This document shows positions 24,109 to 37,360 of a stretch of 55,273 nt of DNA, in pieces. Each line of letters begins with the position of its first letter. Positions within the stretch are counted from its first letter, which is position 1. The position numbers and the translations under genes are program-made. The notes beneath the pieces were generated by a model that was not told where the DNA came from, did not search any database, and saw nothing but the letters and a program-made list of their open reading frames with translations. The stretch is from Octopus bimaculoides (taxonomy: Eukaryota), in NCBI RefSeq assembly GCF_001194135.2, contig NC_068986.1:12924387-12979659 (forward strand), read 5' to 3'.

Positions 24109-26705
24109 TGGAAGACGCCATGGAAGACGGATGTTAAAGGATGATGATGAATTCTTGCTAGTTGTAGACCCAGGCATAGCTCTGTGGTTAAGAAGTTTGC
24201 TTCCCAACCACATGGTTTTGAGATCAGTCTCACTGCTTGACAGACAACATGGGCAAGTCCCTTTGAGAGTGGATTTAGTTGACAGAAACTGAAAGAAGCC
24301 CATCGTATATGTATTGTATGTTTGTAGAATGTGAGCATGTGTCTGTGTCTCGTTGTCTTAACAATGCGGGCTTTTTCCAATATTCTGAGAAAGCCTGTCT
24401 GACTATAATGAAACATTACTGTGCTTGGAATCAGGAAAGGGTTGATGACAGGAAGAGCATCCAGCCAAAGAAAATCAGCCACAACCTAGTGCATCCAATC
24501 CATGAAAGCATAAAGCCTGTATGGCTTCTGTGCTGGTGGCACGTAAAAAAGCACCCACTACACTCTCGGAGTGGTTGGCGTTAGGAAGGACATCTAGCTG
24601 TAGAAACCTTGCCAGATCAGATTGGAGCCTGGTGCAGCCACTGGCTTTCCAGTCCCCAGTCAAGCAATAGGTGTTGGTTTGGTAATTAGTATTTAATATT
24701 AAAGTAGTGAATTAATACTGCCTCATTTCTGAAATATCTGGTATATATAACCCAGCATCATCATCATCTCGTCGGCTTTCCATGCTGGCATGGGTTGGAC
24801 AGTTTGGCAAGTTTCAATGGGCTCAACAACCATGCCTTCCTCTAATGTCTCATTTCTGGCAGGGTTTCTATGGCTGGATGCCCTTCCTATCACCAACCCC
24901 TTTACAGACTGTACTGAGCACGTTTTTCAAGGCACCAGTACTTGCCATCATTAAGACTAAAAAAAAATCCTCTCAAGCCCTGTGTTGATGCTATTTGGAC
25001 TGACTACCAAACACTGGGTGCTTTGCATGGCCCCAGCGTTGTTGTCTTGAAGAATGCAAAGCGGAAAAGAGAACAAGAGAAAGGAACAGATCTATTGTTG
25101 TGAAAAGATGGTAATTGAGTAAATGATAATAAACTGGGCATCCAAACCGATTTCTTACAAAACAACAAAGCACAAAATTTGAGAAAAATGAGTCAAAAAC
25201 ATTAACAATGTATACAAAACTAATTGCTGCAACTAGAAGTAGAAGCTTAGTAATGAAGGGACATGCTCAAGACAATATCTCCACTTTATAAAACAAAATC
25301 TAATAATGATGTGAATCAATCAATATGATTGGTGAAATAACTTGTTTCTCATGCAGGAATATCTTCTGTCCCCATTCACTTTGGCTCAACTTATTGTACA
25401 TTGAGGACCCACTCTAATACCTCACCCACCCCCCATGTTTACCTCCCTTTCCTGTTCCACACTGTTTTCTCTCGTCTACCCTTGATTAATGTGAGAAGCT
25501 GTGTATCATCTCTACAGTAAGAAACCTGTTCCAGTCCATCCATACTTTGACATGTTAACTGCCATGGCTTCTAGCTGGAAATATGTGGTGTCACTGGTAG
25601 TGATGCCACCTATTTCTGCTCACGCTGCATACTGTTCAATAACTAGGAAATGCAATATTTTTGCATTTTTACAATATTTCATAATTAAACTTTAACATTT
25701 AGCACAAATGTTATTTAAATATTCTCCAAACCATGTCAAAGACACAGAATAAAATATCATCTCAAATTACAAAAACTGTACCAAAAGTCATGCATACAGA
25801 TGTTTGCATGAAGTTTGCAATGAACCACGAGTGATACATGTGGCAGTTAATGTGTTAATCTCTAAACACTTAGTATAAAGATGCCGCCTTCTTAACTGTA
25901 GTCCCACTCAGTTGAAAGGTATCTTAGTCTTGTGATTTACATGGTGGCCTCACCAGTGCTGGTGTAGGAAAAAAAGTACCCAATATATTCTTTAAAATGA
26001 ATGGTTTTAGGAAGGGCATTTGGTTGTAGCAATCATGCCAAAGAAGACAGTATAGCACAACACAGTTCTTGGACCTGCCAGATTCTGTCAAATCATCTAA
26101 TCTATGCCAGCATCTTTCGGATTCTCTCTCATACCCCCCTTGTATCTGGACCTCTCTCACTCTAAGTGAGCAAACCATGCATTCTCTCAGCAAGATACCT
26201 GCCCTTGTCCTCCTATGATAGCTTGTTATTCCTCCAACTCAGTATCTTGTGGGTGCTTGGTGACCTCACTGGTGCTGGTGCCACATAAAAAGCACCCAGT
26301 ACACTCTGTTAAAGTGGTTGGTGTTAGAATGGGCATCTAGCTGCAGAAACCAATCTAAAGCAGATGTAGAATCTAGGCACAGCCCTCTGGCTTGTCTGTT
26401 CTTCTCAAAATGTCAAACCGAAGCCAATACAGAAAAGGGAACATTAAATGATGATTATGATGATGATGATGACAATGATGTGTGTGTATGTGTGTACATG
26501 TAATGTATAGGAGTGCTAATTTATGAATCAAATATGATATTAACAGATAGGATATACCTACAGACTATATGATGATATCAGAAACTCTAAGATATGCATG
26601 TTTATTTGACAAAGATAAATATATAAGTAAAAGTCTTTTCTTGTAAATTAAAAGCATCATAAATATTCTGATAAATTTAAAAAAGCAAAAAGAAGTACTA
26701 TCTAC

Positions 26706-26838
26706 CATTTTTCTTTTTTCATTTTCTCTCGTCTGTTAGCACGGGATTTTCTTAAGCGCCGGAATGACTCTCTCAATGATTTTTTGAAGGAAATACGGCG
26801 AGAAAGAAGAGAGTCATTCACAACAGCATTGGTCATGT
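26706..26838 (-). CDS. lgl: Lgl exon 13 (polybasic, aPKC/Aurora phospho-site region): MTNAVVNDSLLSRRISFKKSLRESFRRLRKSRANRREKMKKEK
   Basis: Acceptor tttctttcag, 133 nt. Donor TG|gtagat is the only usable GT before an in-frame TAG and is phase-compatible with exon 14. Confidence 0.92.
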
Positions 26839-28184
26839 CTGAAAGAAAAACATATATACTATAGTTATTTATATAAATACTTACTCATGCATACATACAT
26901 ACATATGTATTAGCTAATCAATTTAAAAATCCAGACCTTTGGCATCATGTCGTGCTTGAGAAGACCCATCAAGCCAAGTAAAAATTGCAGTTGTGGCAGA
27001 TACTGGTGTCACGTAAAAGCACCCATTACACTCTTGGAGTGGTTGGCATGTTAGGAAGGGCATCCAGCCGTAGAAACCATGCCAAATTAGACTGGAGCCT
27101 GGTGCAGCATTCCAGCTTGCCAACCCTGGTTAAACTGTCCAACCCATGCCAGTATGGACAACGGACATTAAATGATGACGACGATGACAGGGCACAATAG
27201 GGTCAGTGTTTATTTCCAATGGCATCAACCATGTTCGGATGGTGCTTTTTACATGCCACTAGCACAGGAGCCAATCGGGAGGAACTGGCATAGAGTACAT
27301 TCGGATGGTGCTTTTTACACAGGAGTTAGTTGGGTGGACAATGCAAGGATAAGAGAATATTATCTAATTTTCCAAAATAGAACAATACTATAGAGCCAGT
27401 GTCATTCAAGAACTCATTTTAGATTTCTTAATTTTGAAACTGGGGCCATTCCATTTAGCCCAAGACCATAGGAAGTGAAGGACTATTAAAATGACAATTA
27501 AGAATTTGATGTTTTATTCACACAGTTGTTTCCAAAGAGTTTCCTTTAATTCCATCCCAACAAGTTTCTTTCACTCTTTTGATACCAAACTACCTAAGAC
27601 CGCTCCTTGTTGTGTGATACCAAGTTTCTGTTTTAATGTGATTGAGATCAAAACGTTCCCTTAAATTTCCATGTTAATCTGGATACTAACACCAGTTTAA
27701 TAGTCCTTTCTACTATAGACTCAAGGCCTGAAATTTTGGGGGACAGGGCTAGTTGATTACATCAACCCCAGTGTTCAACTGGTACTTATTTCAATGACCC
27801 CAAAAGATGAAAGGTCAGCTCAACCACGACTGAATTTGAACTCAGAACATAGAAATGAACAAAATACTCCTAAGCATTTTGTCCGGTGCAGTAACAATTC
27901 GGCCAGGTCACTTCCTTCAACACCAGTTTAATAATGACAAAGTTATTTCATTGAATTCTTCATCATATTCAAATTAATCAAAGCAAAAGCTCTTTCCCCC
28001 TTGTGCAAGTCAGATAAGCAAACAAATTTATAAAATTTGGCTGAATGGACATATACTGTGTCTCATAAAAAAATTAAGCAGTTAGCTTCTGCAATCTCAG
28101 AAAGAAAATAAATGTTATAGTAAACTGAAAAACAATTTTGCAACTATGTAAAACTTCTGCTTGAGTAGCAAAGTGGATATTTAA

Positions 28185-28405
28185 CCCTTTCGTTACCAAC
28201 CCAGCTGAAACCAGCTCTAGCTCTGAGTACAAATGTCTTCTTTACATAAATTTTGAATTAAAATCTTCCATCAAACCTTAGTCACAATTTATGTTCCTAA
28301 CACTAGCTGAATGATAACCAAGTTATTTTACTAAATTCTTTGTTATATTTAAAATTAATTAAAACAAACACAGAGCATCTCAACAGAAACATGGTAACAA
28401 AAGGG
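28185..28405. mobile_element. piggyBac-type MITE family 1, followed by a right-truncated copy at 28437-28636
   Basis: TTAA flanks and cccttt/aaaggg TIRs; high similarity to 11542-11766. Confidence 0.85.
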
Positions 28406-28636
28406 TTAAAATATATAATAGAGAAACAATTCTTAACCCTTTTGATAACACCCCGGCTGAAACCAGCTCTGGCTCTGAGTACAAATGTCTTGTTTTCATA
28501 TGTTTTGAATTAAAATCTTCCACCAAACCTTAGTCACAATTTATGTTCCTAACACTAGCTGAATGATGACTAAGTTATTTTACTAAATTCTTTATTATAT
28601 TTAAAATTAACTGAAAGAAACAAAGAACATCTCAAA

Positions 28637-28820
28637 AGAACAGGCTGTGCTAAATACAAAGTGCCCCCTCCCACCAAACTGCAGAAGAAAAGCAGTACCA
28701 ATTAGCTTGAATGAGACCTCTCACTTCTTGGATCATAGTTGAAAGAGCAAGTGGGTAAGAGTGATGAAGCATTACAAAAAAGCAATACAAAGATTATTAA
28801 AAGAAGCATGCATCATCATC
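28637..28820 (+). repeat. Direct repeat copy 1 (~185 bp)
   Basis: Matches 30084-30267 at offset 1447; I saw two mismatches. Confidence 0.92.
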
Positions 28821-28871
28821 AGAGGAGTTTTATACAACATAAATATTGGAATTTTATTCAAATTAAATTAC

Positions 28872-28960
28872 CATTTGGATTTAAAGTGCAGCGATAGAGT
28901 ATTCCTTTCTTCTGGCAATAATCGAAGAGAGCAAATCCATGAGCAGTACCAGCAGCCCCA
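28872..28960 (-). CDS. lgl: Lgl exon 12: GAAGTAHGFALFDYCQKKGILYRCTLNPN
   Basis: Acceptor ccttttcag, donor G|gtaatt, 89 nt. Confidence 0.93.
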
Positions 28961-30083
28961 CTGAAAAGGAATAAAAGATCAAAACTAATAATAATACTAA
29001 CAGAGAGAAATAAAAATTAGACAAATATTTATCAAGGATAATTTTAAAATATTGTAACCAAATCATTTACCCTTTCTTTGCCAACCCAGTTGTATGTAAA
29101 TTCACTGCTTTAAAGTGATTTAAATTAAAACCCTCAATCAAAATTTCATGTTAATTTATATTCCAAACAACAGCTTAATAACGACAAAGTTATTTCACAA
29201 AATTATCCATTATGTTCAAAAATTAATTAAAACAAAAATATTGACAAAAGGGTCAAAGGGATATAAATTAAAATCTCCCATCAAATCATCATCATCATTG
29301 TTTAACATCTGTTTTCCATGCTGGTATGGGTTGGATGGTTCAACTGGGGTCTGTGAAGCCAGGAGGCTGCACCAGACTCCAATCTGATCTGGCAGTGTTT
29401 CTACAGCTGGATGCCCTTCCTAATGCCAACCACTCCAAGAGTGTAGTGGGTGCTTTTTATGTGCCACCAGCACACAATTGGATGGTGCTTTTTACGTGCC
29501 ACTGGCACAGGAGCCAGTTAAGACAGGGGTGGTATTGGCCATCAAAATTCATAAAAATTTATTTTCCAAATACCAGCTTGCTCAAATTCTTCATCATTTA
29601 CAAAATCAATTGAAATGATCATAAAGATGGTGCTTAATTCTAGTTTTCCATAATATTGAACAGATAAGAGATCTCTTAATATCAGTATATGAGAAATAAT
29701 ATTTCTCAAAAGACTTGTGGCAGATGTTCTTCAAAGTTGGTTAAATTGAGAAATGCAAAACTAACTGTCCTGCTCATTCAGGCAGCAATTGCAGCCAATA
29801 ATCTGGAAGCCAAATCCAATTATGCCTTTCAATAGCATTTTAAATTCTTGTGATACAAATCCACCTAAGAGTGCCTCTGGTTCCTTGAAATAAACTTCCT
29901 CTTTTTAAAATGATTTAAGTAAAAACTGTCCAAAATTTCATGCTGATTTCTCTTCCAGACACTAGCCTAGTAAAGTTATCTTCCCAAATTCTTTATTAAT
30001 TTTAAAATTAATTAAAATGAAAGCAGTGAATTTTGGGAGAAATATGGTAAGAAAAAGATTAAAATGTCTCTCACATTTTACAG

Positions 30084-30267
30084 AGAACAGGCTGTGCTAA
30101 ATACAAAGTGCCCCCTCCCACCAAACTGCAGAAGAAAAGCAGTACCAATAAGCTTGAATGAGACCTCTCACTTCTTGGATCATAGTTGAAAGAGCAAGTG
30201 GGTAAGAGTGATGAAGCATTACAAAAAAGCAATACAAAGATTATTAAAAGAAGCATACATCATCATC
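30084..30267 (+). repeat. Direct repeat copy 2 (~185 bp)
   Basis: See copy 1. Confidence 0.92.
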
Positions 30268-31461
30268 ATTATCATTGCTTTAACATCTATCATGCATGGG
30301 TCAGATAGATTTTGTTGTGGCAGACTTTGTATGGCTGAATGCCCTTCCTGTCACCAACCCTCACCAGTTTCTAAATAACATGATATTCATCATTGACCAA
30401 ACAGGTTTTCACAGAAGATTAAAAATGAATGACACTCCTTGTATAACAGTGACATTCACTTACAACCATCACAAGAATTCACAAGGTAACACACACACAC
30501 ACACACAAAACAGACTTCTTTCAGCTTCCATCTACCAAAGCCATCACACAGCTATAGTAAAAGACACTTGCCCAAGGTGCCAAGCAGTGGACCTCAACCC
30601 CAAACCATGTAGTTGGGAAGCAAATTTCTTAACCACATGGCCATGCCGACACTTCATTCTAAAAGAAATATTTCTATCTAGCAGCTGCCACCCCACCATG
30701 TGGTCTAATCTAATTCAATACAAGACATTGGGCCCCTGTGTCTAACTTTATCCTGCACCTGGGTTCCTGAGCAAAAGAATAAATAGTTGCAGACACAACC
30801 CAAGAGTAGCGATTGCAGGAAAACTAATGGGCAGAATCACAAAAAACTTCAGGAGTATAACAATAATACTATGTCTCAACTATCGTACTGGTTCACCTGA
30901 ATTGCTAATTTCCCCATCTCTTTCACCAGTTTGATTGTCTGCATCACTCTCATTGTTTGTGTAAGGGTAAACCCTTCATCTGAAGAATAAACCTCATCAA
31001 TAATTTCCTCAGATGCAAAGAGTCTAGGCCTTGCTTGTTTACCAGAAAATGTACTGGGTTCATCATGTGCTTATTTCAATGCAAAAATCTGTTTTCTTTT
31101 TCATTTAAAAGCAAAAGTAAACAACAGCCATGGAGGACATCATTAACAATGAGTCATAAACACATTTGATTACAAAGTTGCAGCATGATCAGTTGTCTAT
31201 TTTGAGTATTTTATCTTCTTTTTTTTAGGTGTGTTGCTCATTACCATTTTACAGGGTATCTGTCAGAGACTATATACCTCTACACTGGGAACACAACATG
31301 ATAGGGTTAGAGAAGGTTACGGGAGCAGCAATTATGTTTAAAGAAGTTACAACCAGAAGCAACAAGTAAGGTCATTAACCCTAATGGTAATGAGGTCAAA
31401 CATCAATCATTGCAAACATTGACAGGAAAACGAAAAATAATAATAATGTTTGATGACTCAC

Positions 31462-31790
31462 AGTTGCCATTCTGAATTAATAGTGAGAGATGTACAAGCT
31501 GCAGGGGGTAACAGCTGCATTACACAGGTTGGTTGAAAGCCAGGGGCAAATTTCAGATCCCCTTCTTGGGGTGCTAAGGCTTCATGGCCCTTCCAAACAA
31601 AGTTATCACTATCTCCGACAATGTTTATGGTGACATGGGTCACCTCTTGCTCTCGTTGTTCTCGTTCCATCTGCAAGACTATGACTTGACCAGCGGTCCC
31701 TGCTGCTATCAAGGTTTCACTGAGTGGGCAAAGAGCAATCTTCTGAATAGCCCAACGAGGATCGTCACTGTAGGGGTCGAAACTGCCAAC
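31462..31790 (-). CDS. lgl: Lgl exon 11: VGSFDPYSDDPRWAIQKIALC...AGTAGQV...WKGHEAL...GFQP...SEWQ(L)
   Basis: Acceptor ttctttag, donor CT|gtgagt, 329 nt. Confidence 0.96.
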
Positions 31791-34700
31791 CTAAAGAATT
31801 GTTTGAATAAATACAGATGGATTATTTTTCTAATTACAGTTTAAGAAAAATAAAATATTCATTTAGCAAACATTGATCCTAAATACTTATGTTTGATAAC
31901 ATAAAAGACACAGAAGCGTATTAGACGTAACCCCAATTTCAGCAGGGCATATTCATATAAAAAAGGTTTTAGTGCATTAAAGCTTATGGGAGGCCTAACT
32001 TCACATATAGGACCCAGGATGATTTTATGAAGTATTTTTTTGAAGTAGAAGTATGTCCAATTAATGTTTGACAATTGAACATAACTAAATTCCATTCAAA
32101 TATGTCAAAGTGGATGAATGATAGCACTTCCAACATTATAAAAGAAAAACATCTTATGGCAACTTAACCAATATTGAAACATACAGGCAAGTCATTGACT
32201 GAGAGTATGCTAATGTGACAATGATCTTAAAAAAGCTAAACGGGGCCTGGTATGTCAAAGCAGACATAACATTTCCTATGTGTGCCATAAAAGGCAACTA
32301 AAGGGAACTGAGCTAAGATTTGAATTCCAACATTGTAAAATCCTCACCAGCAATGACTATCCTAAACAGACCCAGAGGTTAGAGGGTTGTCACCTAAGAG
32401 TTACAAAAGCAGTAGGAAATCACCAACAAAAAGTGGATGCCGCAATGCAATGTTACAGAGCATGCTCCCATGCTAGTACTGTTATTAAATTCAATATAAA
32501 AACTAATATGTTAATGTAAAGATAGAAAATGGATTTTATTAATGAACTGTACAATGTTGGTAACTACAGGAGCAGGTCTCTGTTCATGGTTCTGAAGTTG
32601 GATAATCTGGTTCAAATTTAGATAAATATATTTCCATACAAAGGAAAAATGTCATCATAAAAAGTATTAATATGCCTATGTGAATATAACTCGACCAATT
32701 AGCATTAACTGACTTATGGTCAAGTTTTCCCACCAAACAGACTGGTCAAAGATTCTAGAAAGTCTGGGTCCATCAGTAATAAATAGCCAAATGAACTGAA
32801 CTTTAGTTGGCGCTGTCCCAGATTTAAAGAGATCATATTGCTTTACCTCTGTATGGTAGTCTCTCACCTGTTCTCCTCACCAGATTTAACCTAACTAGAG
32901 ATCCACTAAGCTATCTACAGTTTGGTCTCAATGAGTTTTTAAGACTAAGTCTCTCGATTCAACAAGTTGTTCTCTCTCCCACCTCTTTCACTTTTAAGTA
33001 ACATGCTTACGTGGTAATCACTGTTGGAACCAAATACTTGTGGATTCTGCTGAAGTGACCCAAAGGCCAATGTTAAAATTAACTCTACCATCCAAGAACA
33101 GGATCAGTTCCTAATACAAAATTCTATACACTTTCATCTACTAATTATTTTTTTACAAGACTCACAAGAGATTACTGCAGAAAACATGGTCAAGCTACTG
33201 TGCAGTGGGGTCACTGACCCTTTTGAAAGATTATTTTTTACCAAATTCTTTCATATTTTCAACATTAATTGAAACAAAAAAATGGTCATATAGTTTAACA
33301 GAAGTATGGCGATGAAATTGGTAACTCTGTTCTATAAGTAGACCACCAGTTCTCTTTCATGATGAAAATCAATTCATTAAATTGCTACAATAAAACAACA
33401 TGACAGCAATAAGACTGTCACCAAAATTATTAATGTCAAATATATTTCGGTGCTTCAAATGTGATAATTTAGAACTATTATCATGACCAATCCTAAATTA
33501 CGTTAACTAGACATTTTAGTTTGACACTCATTTAGACAAACTATCCTCCCTAATTAATTGCTGTTGATAATTAAAATATCATTTAGACAACTTTTTTCAG
33601 CAATATACATTTATGTGTTACACTGGAGAAGAGGGCGTAACACTGGTAATTCTGTACATGAAAATATCTAGAGGAATTTCCAGGCAACAATAAACTGGAG
33701 TGGCTCCCATCCACCCACCCAAATCAGAACAAAGCTAAAAAAAATATTCTCTGAAAACCTATTATTTTATTGCAGACAACTAATTCATATTAATTTTTGA
33801 ATTGTCAAATGAAATATCTTTAGGAAAGAAAACATAAGCTAAATTAATGATGACCAACACTCAAATTTAAACCCTTCAGTTAGCAAAATAAAATGAAGTA
33901 AACATCTAGAATTTGATTCAAAATGAAATGTTGTATGCATGACAAGTGGCAAGAGCTCTAACGGATGTGGGAGTCATCTTCGTCATCTAATGTCCACTAT
34001 TCCAGGCTTGCATAGGTCAGTTTGAATTTGCTGAGGCAGATTTTCTGCAGCCAGTGCCTTTCCTGTTGCCAAATCTCACTTCTGTTTCCAGTAAGATAAT
34101 ATTTACCCCCATCGCCAGACAGGTTTTTCAACCATCACATGATGTCAGCACAAGGGGACACATAAAATATGAGCTTCTTTCAGTTTCCGTTGACCAAATC
34201 CACTCACAAGCTTTTGGTCAGCCTGAGGCTGTGGTAGAAGACTCTTGACCAAGGTGCTGCGCTGCAGGCCTGAACCCAAGACCACAAGGTTGGGAAACAA
34301 ACTTCTTACCCACACAGCCTCACCTGCACCTATGTTTGATTAAAAGCTATTTTGTGATAATTTAAGATTTAAAAACATCAATCATTTAACTTTTCCAGTT
34401 AATTATAATTCCTCAAAAAAAAAAAAAATTTAATGAAATACCGTATACTAAACTATCAGGTGCAGGATGACCACGAGACAAAGTTTACTTCCCAACTAAA
34501 AGGTTTCTGGTTCAATCTCACGGTGTAGCATCTTAGGCAAGTGTTTTGTACTATAGCCCTGAGTTGACTAAAACCTAGTGAGTGGATTTGGTAGATGAAA
34601 ACTGAAAGAAGCCCATCATATGAGTGAGTTTATGTTTGTGTTTGTACAGACACACACACACACACATAATCATACACACATATACATATGTGTGTTTTTG

Positions 34701-34969
34701 TGCCGTTCACATTGCATAACAGTTGTAAAGTGGGTTTGCACATTTCCAATATTGTGTGGAAACGAAGGTTGAAGGTTGGAAGGGCACCCAGCCATAAAAA
34801 ATCTGTCTCAATAAACCCCGGCCAAACCATGCAAGGATGGTAAAGCAAGAAATCATATCACAGAACCAAGAACAATTGAGGACAGTTTGGTATGAAAAGG
34901 ATTAATGTTGGCAGTTCTGAATATTTCACAGTCCAGTTTAGAAAATCAATAATTATTTTTAGAAATTAC

Positions 34970-35123
34970 CTTTTTAAAAGGCGGCCATTCTTCTTCAGCC
35001 TCTCCTGCGGAATTATCTGGTGGGGAAGTTTCTCCACTGAAGATATTGGCAGTGGAAAGCTTGTATAGGAATGTAAGACTTGTGGTTGAAGCATCCCAGA
35101 AACGAATCGTACCATCTTCATGC
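34970..35123 (-). CDS. lgl: Lgl exon 10: HEDGTIRFWDASTTSLTFLYKLSTANIF...EEEWPPFKK
   Basis: Acceptor tttttcag, donor AAG|gtaatt, 154 nt. Confidence 0.95.
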
Positions 35124-35267
35124 CTGAAAAATGTGTTACATAAATTACAATTTTGTTTTTATCATTAAATACAAAGAATCCATATGTCTTTCAAACCATC
35201 AACTAGTGTTCACCTTCTCATAACAATACTCTTTACAATTATACACACACACAAACACACATACACA

Positions 35268-35472
35268 CAAGGGGGTACTGAAAAGTTCCAGGCTTTAAAA
35301 GTCTCACTAGAGGCCTAACCTTCTGAGTTCTTTAACAGGGCTTACAAAAACTGAAGGACCACTGCAATAAGTGTGTGAATCTGAGAGGGGAATATGCTGA
35401 ATAAAATCATAATTAACTGATCTTCCTGTGTTTTCTTTTACCCAAAGCCAGGAACTTTTCAACACCGACTCA
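35268..35472 (+). mobile_element. mariner-derived MITE
   Basis: TIR caagggggtactgaaaagttccaggc / gccaggaacttttcaacacc; the interior carries the transposase 3' end. Confidence 0.75.
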
Positions 35473-35516
35473 TATATTGTTTGACTTAAAGATGAAAAAA
35501 ACAAATTCTTACTTAC

Positions 35517-35584
35517 CCAGTCAACAACAAATCCCTAGTTAATGTTTCGGAAGCAAGTCTTTTGCCACCATCAATAGGCCAGGT
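35517..35584 (-). CDS. lgl: Lgl exon 9: TWPIDGGKRLASETLTRDLLLT(G)
   Basis: Acceptor ttcttaaag, donor GG|gtaagt, 68 nt. Confidence 0.93.
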
Positions 35585-35819
35585 CTTTAAGAAAGAAAAA
35601 AAAAATTATATAAATATATATAAGGAAATTTATACTGAACTATTATTATTGCACACACAGAAATATCTATGCAGTATTCGGCACAAGCATAGCTGTGTGG
35701 TTACAAAGTTCATTTTACAATCATCTAGGTTTCAGGTTCACTCCTATTGTGTGGCAGCTTGAGTTTCATCAACGAGAGCTCATAACTAGCCAATCACTTG
35801 TGTGTGAAACTGTACAAAC

Positions 35820-35823
<4 letters not shown>

Positions 35824-35872
<49 letters not shown>

Positions 35873-35873
35873 G

Positions 35874-35940
<67 letters not shown>

Positions 35941-35975
35941 TAGAGAGAGATAGAGAGAGAGAGAAAGAGAGAGAG
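35824..35975. repeat. (AG)n microsatellite
   Basis: Direct reading. Confidence 0.97.
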
Positions 35976-37179
35976 CATGCAAGCAAGCACGCAATGTGTG
36001 GCTGCAACGGTGCTCCAGGATTCAAATCCTGTTACTTAGTTGAGGTCATCCACTAAAACCCTATCAGACGGTGCTCCAGCATGGCCACAGTTAATGCTTG
36101 AAACAAGTCAGAGAATAACAGGCAAACAAATTCAAACAATTCTAGATCACTAATAACATCATCATCATCACCATCAACATCATTTAACATCCGTTGTCCA
36201 TTCTGGTATGGGTTGGATGGTTTGGCCGGGGCTGGCAAGCTGGAAGTCAGCACCAGACCCCAGTCTGGCCTGGCATGGTTTTCTACGACCGGATGCCCTT
36301 CCTAATGCCAACCACTGAGAATATAATGGGTGCTTTTACGTGCCATGGTATCCGCCACGACTGCAATTTGCTTGGCTTGATTGATCTTCTCAGCATGACA
36401 TAACACCAAAGGTCTCCGTCATTGCCTCCGTGAGACCCCATGTACAAATTGCACCCCAGTTTTTTCAGTTAAAATCAAGTATAAAATAATAAGACTGATA
36501 CACAAGCAAATACAGTGTTTCTATAGCAACATTTTTTTTGTGATCTTTATATTTTACTTGCTTCAGTTATTAGACCGTGGCCAGGCTGGGGCACCACCTT
36601 GAAAAATTTTAGTCAAATGAATCGACCTCAATATTTATGTTTTAGTGAAGTCTGATACTTATTCTATTAGTTTCTTTTACAGAACTGCTAAGTTACAGGG
36701 GACATAAACAAACCAACATCAGTTGTTGAGTGGTGGTGTTGGTGAGGAACAAACACAGACACAAACTCATATATATATCATCATCATCATCATCATCATC
36801 GTTTAACGTCCGCTTTCCATGCTAGCATGGGTTGGACGATTTGACTGAGGACTGGTGAAACCGGATGGCAACACCAGGCTCCAGTCTGATTTGGCAGAGT
36901 TTCTACAGCTGGATGCCCTTCCTAACGCCAACCACTCAGAGAGTATATATATACATACACAACTCGCTGTGGAATCGAAACAAAAAACTTCAACTCCGAC
37001 TCCTGTACAATTGGCACCTCTGCTTGACTCCTCTTTACGTAATTAAGTGATTGTGGTCTACATATCTCATAAAGCATATGCATAAGTTTGTAATTTGAGT
37101 AGGCTTATACGTTATAACTGTTAAAGAATAAAGATATTGTGAATAGCAATGGATGTAGTTTTATCGACGCCACAGCCCT

Positions 37180-37345
37180 GATATATACAACGGGCTTCTT
37201 TCAGTTTCCATCTACCAAACCCACTCACAAAGCTTTGGACAGCTTGAAGCAATAGAAGACACTTGCCTAAGGTGCCATGCAGTGGGAATGAACCTGGAAC
37301 CATGTGGTTGGAAAGCAAGCTTCTTATCAGTCATGCCAATGCCTG
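37180..37345 (-). mobile_element. SINE family A head/core fragment
   Basis: Family A head and core; lies immediately 3' of the 5S copy on the same strand. Confidence 0.8.
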
Positions 37346-37360
37346 TACAAAAAGCAAGAT

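Noticed and set aside
23372-24482. 143-aa and 193-aa ORFs
   Set aside because: They are readings through SINE and family B repeats; the same peptides recur in many other copies.
28637-28820. Duplicated segment as an intronic snoRNA or a duplicated exon
   Set aside because: No convincing C/D or H/ACA box arrangement on the gene's strand and no Lgl-like reading frame. An Infernal search would settle it.
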